Below, piece after piece: positions 38,503 to 46,301 of a DNA stretch of 64,000 nucleotides (the stretch's first letter is position 1; the number at the start of each line of letters is the position of its first letter). Both the position numbers and the translations under genes were made by a program. The DNA is from Thalia democratica (lineage: Eukaryota): the NCBI GenBank assembly GCA_965202585.1, contig OZ241826.1, forward strand, positions 43,648,001 to 43,712,000, read 5' to 3'. A model generated the notes under the pieces. That model saw nothing but the letters and a program-made list of their open reading frames with translations. It did no database searches and had not been told where the DNA came from.

Positions 38503-38755
38503 GGTGTCCGTGGTGTGCGTCACAATAACGAAAGGTCCTTCGTGCACTAGGTCCTAGGAAAAAATAATTTCTAAATGTAAATAAACTATTTCATGATCAT
38601 TCATAGAAATAAATCTAAGTATTGATTTTTTTTTTTGTAGCTTTCTAAATTTAAGGTATCAAAGTGGTGTACGACTCGCTAACCGAAAGGATTTTTCATG
38701 CAACAGGTCCTACAACCAAATATTTTGAGCGCTTTTTTTGTCGTTCAACAAACTA
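38503..38755 (+). repeat. Two copies (38503-38565 partial; 38661-38755) of the ~110-bp dispersed repeat
   Basis: ggtgtccgtggtgtgcg...aacgaaagg...cgtgcactaggtcct and aagtggtgtacgactcgctaaccgaaagg...caggtcctacaaccaaatattttgagcgc. Confidence 0.7.
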
Positions 38756-38923
38756 GTACAATTTGAAACTTTCTTTGATTTATAAGTCCTCATTTTAAAC
38801 AAATACAATGACTTGCATATTAGTTATACTAAATAAGGGTTTAATTAGAGTTAGATAGAACCATAGTTGCTATATTTTTTTTAGTCTTATATTTATTCAT
38901 AATAGTATTAAGGTTAAAGTTAT

Positions 38924-39546
38924 GGGAACGGTTCAAAATTGCACAAAGACAAAATTGCACGAGATTACTAAATTGCACAAAGACAATTTTGGACGAGTTA
39001 CAGTTTTGCACGAGAGTAAAACAAAAAACAGATAAAAAACTTAAAAAAAAAATTAATAAAAAAAACAAAAAGAAATAAAAAGTTACTGACCGAGGGTAAG
39101 GAATAGGGGTAACAGTGATAGTAATATAAAAATTAAAAATGAACTATTTGCTTTGGGTATGTAACTCTACCGAGAGGTCTTTTTGCGTATCCAGGTCCTT
39201 AAACCAAAATGTTTTGAGCAATTTTTCGTTTTTGTTAAAAAACCACCTATAAGATTATTATTAGAAAAAAAAAAGTTACCCACTGAGGGTAAAGGTTAGA
39301 GGTAACAGTGATAGTAAAAAAAAATATACATAAAAGTTACCGACCGAGGGTAAGAGTTAGGGGTAACGGTGAAAGTAAAAAAAAACAAAAAAAATTTATA
39401 ATAACCCTTGCAAAATTGTCTGCTCGTGCTATAGTGTCTTCCTGCAAAAGTATCTTTGTGCAACTTTACCCCCTCGTGCAAAAGTGTATTCGTGCAATTT
39501 TGTCCCCTGCAATTTTGTACGCTCGTGAAAGTTTGACAGCTACCCC
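38924..39546. mobile_element. MITE with perfect 8-bp TSD (aaagttat) and GG-initiated termini, containing a nested copy of the dispersed repeat
   Basis: aaagttat at 38916-38923 and 39547-39554. Ends gggaacggttcaaaattgcac and (reverse complement) ggggtagctgtcaaactttcac. Subterminal tgcacga/tgcacaa repeats. ttac(c/t)gaccgagggtaag cores. Repeat insert at ~39148-39240. Confidence 0.8.
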
Positions 39547-40446
39547 AAAGTTATCTATAAGTTTAAGTTTCTATAAATCTAACAGCTTTAAGTGTTGTAG
39601 TTTCTTCAGCGTCTAATTTTGAAAATTTAGCATTAAAAAATTTACTTTTAAAGCAGCTAGATTTAGTAAAGCTTCACTTATATCGGGTTTTCTCTGCAAA
39701 CTCAAAAAATGTATTAGAAAAAGTTCATTCCGTCAAGTATAGTCGTATTGAGAACATTTTGCAACTTTAAAAATGTTCATAAAAGTTTTTGATTGTCTGA
39801 GAAAATCGTCACACAACTACTTGAGCATGACATTTTAAGTAAAAATTAACAAACATTTATACTTTTTCATTATTGTATTCTGGCAATCCTATTGAAGGTT
39901 TTCACAAAATAGTTATCTAACAATTTTTAACTTTAATCATTGATATTGTATTTTTTTTTTTTTTTCTTGATTGTAAAAAAGTCAGTGAGATTTATAAAAT
40001 TGTTAACCATTACTAACTTTTTTGTACCTTATAAACTTAGACGGAGTTTGTTATAGTTTAGATATTTTTTTATTTAAACTATTAATCTAATAGTTTATAG
40101 ATAAAGTCTTAAAATAGTCACAAAATGTATCATAAATCAGTAAAAATCATAAAAACTGATATAAATACTAATATACATAATTTTCTTTGACTACTTTTAT
40201 TTCATGGCAAACTTTCAGAAGCACTGCTTTTCAACCCTGGAGTTGAAGCTTGAATAAAAAAACTTACTGCTTCTATGTCATTTTTGAATGCTATAGTATG
40301 CACTTTATAACTAATTCATTTCCTTCAACAGCAATGGGTGAGTAGTTGAACTATTGTCAATGATTTGACTGTTACAAAATCATAATAATATTAACTTCAA
40401 GTATTCTTTAGTAAGTAGACTTAAATTGTTTATAATAACTATATGT

Positions 40447-40531
40447 GTGCATTGATGACTAATACTTAGGACACCTAAGGAGAGTGTGACAACTCAATGT
40501 TTAAGAACCAAGTTATTTCCACACTGAGCAC
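40447..40531 (+). ncRNA. SNORD58: C/D box snoRNA, SNORD58 (U58)-like
   Basis: C box TTGATGA 40452, D box CTGA 40524, terminal stem gtgc/gcac. Guide cttaggacacct (40465-40476) is antisense to LSU rRNA AGGUGUCCUAAG and matches the U58 element as recalled. Lies in an intron gtaagt(40411)..tttcacag(40596). Confidence 0.78.
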
Positions 40532-42290
40532 ATGTTATTTTAAAATTTATGTATGTTATTTTTCAATATTTTCTAATGAAAATATTATTTCACAGAGCAC
40601 AAAAGTTACAGCACCCACAGTCTTGGTGGAATATGGATGGATAGTGAAGTGAAAATTTGAGGTTGGTATTTTTCAAGTTATAACAATCAACTATTTATTT
40701 TTAGTATAAATCATTACAGTTGTTATTAAGTTAGTCCATATTTAGCTTCATTAATTTGGTTAAAATTTAGCAATTTAGACAATTGCTGTGTTGTTGTACT
40801 ATTACATAAAAAAGTAATATTTAACTGTTTTTACTAAATACTATCATGAAATTTTACTAATCAAAATGGTATTTTCTAATCTTCTTCTCAAACGGGTTGT
40901 AAAGGTTTTCCATCCACGTTTGTTATACTATTTTTAATAATAATTACACTCAAATAAACACACTGTGAGTATGATATTGAAAGTTTAAATGTGTCAAGGT
41001 TTGGTACAGTTATCTGAACCATAAATCGACATTATATTGTGAATTAGTAATCATCATTCATATGAATATAACATAACATTTGTGAATCTATATTATTACC
41101 AAATAGTCACATTCAATCACTAATCCATTTTCACTAAATAGCTAAATTTCCTAATTGGTATCATTTAGTTTGAGTCAAGAAGACTTCAACATAATATCAA
41201 TTACACTGTAATACTGAACTAAAATCTTAAACTGAATGGTTCTTAAAGTTTTAAATTATACATTACAGTTAAAACTAAACAAAGACTGTAGAGCAAAACA
41301 TTGTTATAGTGACATTTTAACACACTTAGTTTGATTGTTCATTTCACCCAAATATCAATACCATACTGCATTTATTCTTTTGGTACATGTGTAGATTGTC
41401 ATGATCAGTGTTTAGGAAATTTTAGGTTAATAAACTACAATGTTTCTAGTAATCTAATGTTGTAATAGGTGTAATTTATAGGAAATATGTAAGAAATTTC
41501 ACAAGTAATATTAATTAAGAAACTGCATTATTGTATATTATCACAATTTAATTTGGACTATACATGATTTAAACTGTTTTAACTAAACATAAACTGTACA
41601 TAATTATATAACTAAGTTTAAATTTTTGTTAGGATTATCCAAGTAAATCTAATTTATTTAACTAATACTAGCCTAATAAATGTCTAGAAATAAAAAAAAT
41701 CTGAGTCTATCTGAAAGTATCTAAATTCTTGGTTTGAAATTTGTAGCTAGATTATTGTAAACATGTTTCATATATAGTAAAGGATCCCAAAGCTTGTTTT
41801 TAGTAACAAAATTATTCTTGAAATAACTGTATATCTGTAGCCTTGGCACACATATTGTGAATACTCAAAGTAGTAACTTACCTGAAATTAGTTATCTTCA
41901 AAGGAATTAAATTATTGCCAAAGAAGATATTAGAATTCTTGCTAAACACTAAACTACAGATAAAATATAACTATTAATTGCCTTTATATAAGTTAACATT
42001 TGCAAATGATTAATTTATACGTGGCATTTGGTCAGATTATGCTCAGATTTGAAATGTTCTATTTTAATCAGAGCTCATTATGGCGATTCTCGTTATATGA
42101 TGCAAAAAATAAAAACTAATCATAAATACTTCACCAATACTTATTAATAACATTTAATTTTTCCACAGATCTGAAACTAGTTGCTGACAGATGCACTCCA
42201 GAATATATCACAAGGCGACTCAATTGAAAAAGCAGTTCTATGGGTAAGTTTGAAAATATATATTTACATATTATTATACTTAGATATAAA

Positions 42291-42368
42291 TTAATGATGA
42301 CTTCGTGCACCACTCTCAAGAAGGACAATGTGGAAAATTTACGAATTTACCCAAATAACTCTGAATAA
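42291..42368 (+). ncRNA. SNORD32: C/D box snoRNA, SNORD32 (U32)/snR40-like
   Basis: C box ATGATGA 42294, D' CTCA 42315, D box CTGA 42361. D' guide gtgcaccact pairs 18S GGUGGUGCAU with the 5th nt on the G equivalent to human Gm1328. A possible second guide tacccaaat pairs LSU AUUUGGGUA. Confidence 0.7.
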
Positions 42369-42527
42369 TTGTATTATTTAACCCAAATTAAAGCATTTAA
42401 GTTAATCCGTGTCAACATGATATTTTTTTATTTAGGTAAAAGACAATCTGCTGAATGAAAACAAACAGAGAGAGAGAGTATGTACATGTTAATTATTGTT
42501 TGTAGTTTTCAGTGGTATAAATTATAT

Positions 42528-42592
42528 TGCTATGATGACAATTTAGAAGCGCTTACATAACATATTGATGACTTCTCTATCCCACTGAGCAC
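42528..42592 (+). ncRNA. C/D box snoRNA, target unassigned
   Basis: C box ATGATGA 42532, C' TGATGA, D box CTGA 42585, stem tgc/gca, intronic. D guide cttctctatccca has only a 9-nt match to an 18S-like GGGAUAGAG. Confidence 0.68.
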
Positions 42593-42754
42593 TTACATAA
42601 TATCAAGCTAAATTATGATAGTTTGTATTATTTGTAATAATTTTAATACTTTTGCAGAACAAAAAAAGAAGCAAATGAAAAGAAAAAAAAAAACAAATAA
42701 AAAGTGATACTAGGTAATTTAAGTTCAATTCATTTATTTCTATCCATAATATGT

Positions 42755-42816
42755 TAACATGATAGAAACTATTTGTATCAGAATTATTTTGATGATACAC
42801 CCAGCTCTCTGAAAAC
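42755..42816 (+). ncRNA. C/D box snoRNA predicted to methylate the C of LSU GAGCUGGGU (yeast Cm2948/snR69-equivalent)
   Basis: Degenerate C box ATGATAG 42759, D' CAGA 42779, C' TGATGA 42790, D box CTGA 42809. Guide acccagctc pairs GAGCUGGGU, and the 5th nt (g42804) pairs the C. Confidence 0.62.
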
Positions 42817-42977
42817 TATAATTTAATCTATACACACAATTAATGTGATTACATTTTCTAATCTTACATTTTTTTTCAGAAACTTGTTGTCATGGATTTG
42901 GTGATCCAAAAGAAAAGAACAATTTCAAAAGGTGAGCTTTAAATTTAATAACTAGTTTTAACTTTTAAGCAGTTAAC

Positions 42978-43045
42978 TAAAATGATGAGATTTACTTCTG
43001 GTCCGTGTTTTTGATAAATATGATAACATAAGAAGCTCTGAAACA
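42978..43045 (+). ncRNA. SNORD18: C/D box snoRNA U18
   Basis: C box 42982, D' TTGA 43011, D box 43038. 12-nt guide tggtccgtgttt is antisense to LSU AAACACGGACCA, the U18 element. Confidence 0.88.
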
Positions 43046-43188
43046 TAAATTGATGCTACTTAATTTTTTTATGGTGATAACTAATTTATTAACTAAAATA
43101 ATTTTTGTAGTTACAAATCAAGTTGAAACAAGAACAAGGGATGGCAGTGAAAGCACGAAATGGTTACTATTTTATATGTTTTTATGAT

Positions 43189-43328
43189 TTTGTCCTCAAA
43201 AAAGCACCATTATAATGCATATATTACTTTGTGGTTGTCGAACGGGACTAAATAAATTGGTGTTGTGTTTGTGGGTGAGTGGGCTAGTTTTCACATATTT
43301 GCCCCACTCAAGAACATAACACACATTT
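43189..43328 (+). ncRNA. SNORA21: H/ACA snoRNA, SNORA21 (ACA21)/snR10-like
   Basis: Hairpin 1 pocket aaaagc / tgtcg fits LSU CGACG-Psi-N-GCUUUU, 14 nt from H box aaataa (43250). Hairpin 2 pocket gtgggtg / caa fits the A-loop UUG-Psi-U-CACCCAC, 14 nt from ACA (43323) followed by ttt. Confidence 0.85.
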
Positions 43329-43520
43329 AATTAAAAATAATATTTTTATCAACATTAAACTTTCATTATCAATTATATATATTTATTTTAAATTTTAATG
43401 CTTAACAAATTATTAGAAATGAGCATCACAACCACAACCTACCTGCCAACCACGATTCTAAGTTGGTCTCCAAACCCAAGTGGTGAGTATTTTTGAATAT
43501 TCGTATCATGTTATAAATTA

Positions 43521-43584
43521 AGCAATGATGAACTTTTGATAGGGACAACTGAAAATCAGTGATTATTTATCGTTTTCTGAGTCT
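43521..43584 (+). ncRNA. SNORD74: C/D box snoRNA U74-like
   Basis: C box 43525, D' CTGA 43549, D box 43577. Guide gatagggaca is antisense to LSU UGUCCCUAUC with the 5th nt on C (human Cm3820 equivalent as recalled). Confidence 0.8.
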
Positions 43585-43756
43585 ACTTAATTAAACCTAT
43601 TGATATGCCTAAATTATATCCTTTCTTTGAATATGAATATTTTTTCAGGTATTTCAACATCAATAATTAGTAGACGATGTTCCGTGAAAAAGTGGTGTTT
43701 TGGTAAGTTCTGTTAAAGTTGTTGAGATGCAAGACCTATTTAGATTTATTAGTTTT

Positions 43757-43823
43757 TTTAATGATGATATTCAAGGCATAGTTCACCTGAATATAAAGGA
43801 TGACAATTTACCTAACTGACAAA
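43757..43823 (+). ncRNA. SNORD80: C/D box snoRNA U77/U80-like, copy A
   Basis: C box 43761, D' CTGA 43787, D box 43816. 13-nt guide aggcatagttcac is antisense to LSU GUGAACUAUGCCU with the 5th nt on A (human Am1521 / yeast Am817 equivalent). Confidence 0.82.
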
Positions 43824-43993
43824 ATAAATATAAAGTACATTTTAAATTTCAAAAGTCAACCACAACTTAAAGTATAAATTAATTGCAGGGTTACTAACCT
43901 TCTGAACAACAAGATAAGTTGCGCCTTAAGTCCTACCATTTACAGGTAAGAATTGACTATATTTGACCATATTAATCATTTTAATTTAATTCT

Positions 43994-44134
43994 ACCCTGT
44001 TGTTGCTTGTCTGTCAGTTTCTCAATAAACTAAAAGCAGATTTTATATATAACAGGAAAATTAAATATTTACATTTAACCGTGCTTGATTTCGCAACATT
44101 GATGTTTGAAAGCCTCCGTGATGTAAATACATTT
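43994..44134 (+). ncRNA. H/ACA snoRNA copy A (3' pocket compatible with 18S GGAG-Psi-AUGGUUG; SNORA40-like?)
   Basis: Stem cctgtt/aacagg, then H box aaatta; stem tttacatt/tgatgtaaa, then ACA at 44129 followed by ttt. Pocket taaccg / ctcc lies 15 nt from ACA. Confidence 0.75.
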
Positions 44135-44317
44135 AATTGTATTAAAAATTTGCATTAAAAAAATTAGTTTCACATATTTATGATTGCCTATTTTTGTAGG
44201 TACCAAGTCTTGGCGATTGTTGTGCTGAAAATTTCCAGGCACTAAAAGAATTAGTCAATTAAACCATCGGGTAATTACAATATTATTATTTAACTGTTTT
44301 TATAAATATAATAAAAT

Positions 44318-44406
44318 CTGCAATGATGATGTTTCCACGTTCGCAGTTTCCACTGAATACTTTTTAAGTAAATGTCAGCGAAAATCTTCCTTGGATGTCT
44401 GAGCAG
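44318..44406 (+). ncRNA. SNORD14: C/D box snoRNA U14
   Basis: Stem ctgc/gcag, C box 44323, D box 44399. Domain A cgttcgcagtttc pairs 18S GAAACUGCGAAUG; domain B cttccttggatgt-CTGA. Both hallmark U14 elements are present. Confidence 0.93.
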
Positions 44407-44583
44407 TTATAAAAATATTAGAAGTTCATTTTATTTAATTTGAATTGAATTAACCATGTATTTCAATACACAGGTCACATTTATGCTAATGTTCCTAGCA
44501 ACTGGATGTTTCATGCTGAAGTCTTCCCAACAAAGTAATTGAAATTTTAGATACATACTAAAGAAATAATAAGTATAAAAGCT

Positions 44584-44653
44584 AAGCAATGATGATTCTG
44601 TCTCGTTCGTCTGAACATATTTTGTTGACCCATCTCTAAGAAGTCCTGAGCTT
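44584..44653 (+). ncRNA. C/D box snoRNA with two 18S guides: U30-type (D') and U61-type (D)
   Basis: Stem aagc/gctt, C box 44589. D' CTGA 44611 follows gtctcgttcgt (antisense ACGAACGAGAC). D box CTGA 44646 follows ctctaagaagt-c (antisense ACUUCUUAGAG). Confidence 0.85.
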
Positions 44654-44844
44654 ATTTTTGTAATAATATTATACATGATTGTATTATATCATATGAGTTC
44701 ATTGAAACAATATTAAATAATTAAATTTTTAGATACCACTGAACAATCTGAAGACCTGATACGTGCTGTGAAAAAGTGAAACTAAGCTGAAACTAAGCTG
44801 TGAAGGTCAGTACTTGAGTTTTTTATTTTGCAAATAAATATGAA

Positions 44845-44911
44845 TTTTGTGATGATATTCAAGGCATAGTTCACCTGAATAATAAGGATGACAATTTACC
44901 TAGCTGATAAA
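44845..44911 (+). ncRNA. SNORD80: C/D box snoRNA U77/U80-like, copy B
   Basis: Near-identical to 43757-43823. C box GTGATGA 44849, D' 44875, D box 44904. Confidence 0.82.
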
Positions 44912-45058
44912 TTTAAAAGTATGTATACTACTAAGTAACAAAAAATACTTCTATTAATTTATCAATATAAATAACAGGAGGAAGAATATCGACAAATCAA
45001 CTGTTGGAATTCACCTCACTCAGGTAATTTTCAACTAAAAAATATTTAGTTAAATTAT

Positions 45059-45201
45059 ACCCTGTTGTTGCTTGTCTGTCAGTTTCTCAATAAACTAAAA
45101 GCAGATTTTATATATAACAGGAAAATTAAATTAATTTACATTTAACCGTGCTTGATTTCGCAACATTGATGTTTGAAAGCCTCCGTGATGTAAATACATA
45201 T
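45059..45201 (+). ncRNA. H/ACA snoRNA copy B
   Basis: Near-identical to 43994-44134, differing only in the hinge. ACA at 45196. Confidence 0.75.
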
Positions 45202-45437
45202 ATTTATAAAATTACAAGTGCAACAACAGTAAAATATGAAATTTTATTTATGAATTTTTATATTTACAGTTTTCTAAATGCTAGCAGTAAAGTTGTGAAA
45301 TCTATACAAATCAGATGAATCAAGCCGTAAGCAGTCAGATGGTCAAATAAGCTTCATTTCCATAATTTCATATTTTAAAAAGGTAATTTGACTGGAGTTG
45401 TTGGTTTTACTAAAGAATATGGTTTAACTAAAGATAA

Positions 45438-45512
45438 AGCTATGATGATATTTTCTGTCAATCCCCAGAAATGAGATTTTTTAGTGTTGAAAATTGCTAA
45501 CTTCCTGAGCTT
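45438..45512 (+). ncRNA. SNORD110: C/D box snoRNA, SNORD110 (HBII-55)-like
   Basis: Stem aagc/gctt, C box 45442, D' CAGA 45466, D box 45505. Guide tctgtcaatcc is antisense to 18S GGAUUGACAGA with the 5th nt on the first U. Confidence 0.78.
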
Positions 45513-45676
45513 AAAAACTATAACTAAATGATTAACTTTTCAGATTCCGACAATTTTAATAAATATATTATTTGTTTCAGGCGGTTCAAAAGCCAAGGAA
45601 TGAAAAATAGATGAGCATAATCTCACAAGAATTTCAAAAGGTAAAATATTGTTAAACTTACTAAAATAAAACTAAT

Positions 45677-45752
45677 AAAAATGATGATACCTGGAATTAC
45701 CGTCTGAGATAATTACTATTATTGAAGACAACAATAAGGCTGTTTCTGATTT
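45677..45752 (+). ncRNA. SNORD65: C/D box snoRNA, SNORD65/snR77-like
   Basis: C box 45681, D' CTGA 45704, D box 45746. 13-nt guide ctggaattaccgt is antisense to 18S GCGGUAAUUCCAG with the 5th nt on U (human Um627 / yeast Um578 equivalent). Confidence 0.85.
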
Positions 45753-45944
45753 ACATATTTTAAATTGTCTTAAAAACTTATAAGGTTAATTTATCTCTAA
45801 AAAAACTGTTAAATTTTAGGTTCCATACCGATATCAGGCGGGACCAAAGTCGTCCACTTGTAACAAATGAATTTCCACACCATGTCAGTGGAAGTACTTA
45901 TTAAGAGGTGAGATTCATTGTGTAGTATTTTATTGAAAATAAAA

Positions 45945-46009
45945 CCATTATGATGAGAATTCCACAAGACAGAATTTTAAATTGTTGAGTTGGGTGAGAT
46001 CCTGAATGG
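45945..46009 (+). ncRNA. C/D box snoRNA, target unassigned
   Basis: Stem ccat/atgg, C box ATGATGA 45950, D' CAGA 45970, D box CTGA 46002. Guides (ttccacaaga; gttgggtgagatc) were not confidently matched to rRNA. Confidence 0.68.
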
Positions 46010-46174
46010 CAATGATTAAATTCAACTAAGTATACTGAGGTTTAAGTATAAAGTTTTCAATTGTTTATATTTTGCAGATTCCTCTGAGTATGGAATCATG
46101 GCGGGATTCTATATAAAGACTTGCGGAACTTTGTACTGATGTGAGTTAATTGAAAACATAATTTTAAATTAAAA

Positions 46175-46301
46175 GCGCAAATAAGTTCCAAAGCTTTACT
46201 TGATTGAGCATTTGGCGTTCCCTTTGCGAAAACCAAAATCTTGGCATGCTATGTGTATTTTGCTATATATGCAATTTTACATACGTCGTCAATAGACATT
46301 T
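46175..46301 (+). ncRNA. SNORA10: H/ACA snoRNA, SNORA10/snR37-like
   Basis: Stem gcgcaaa/tttgcg; upper stem ccaaa-gct/agc-tttgg. Pocket agtt / cgttccc fits LSU GGGAACG-Psi-G-AGCU, 14 nt from H box aaacca (46230). Second hairpin ttggc/gtcaa, ACA at 46296 followed by ttt. Confidence 0.8.

Noticed and set aside
38503-38565. tRNA-like 5' end (gtccgtggtgt…cgaaaggtcc) of the dispersed repeat
   Set aside because: No T-arm or B box (GTTCRA) and no cloverleaf, so it is not called a tRNA.
41720-41960. Minus-strand splice-like pair (cag|gtaagt at ~41881) with short open frames
   Set aside because: Could not be extended into a multi-exon ORF. The region sits inside the presumed snoRNA-host intron and may be decayed transposon sequence.
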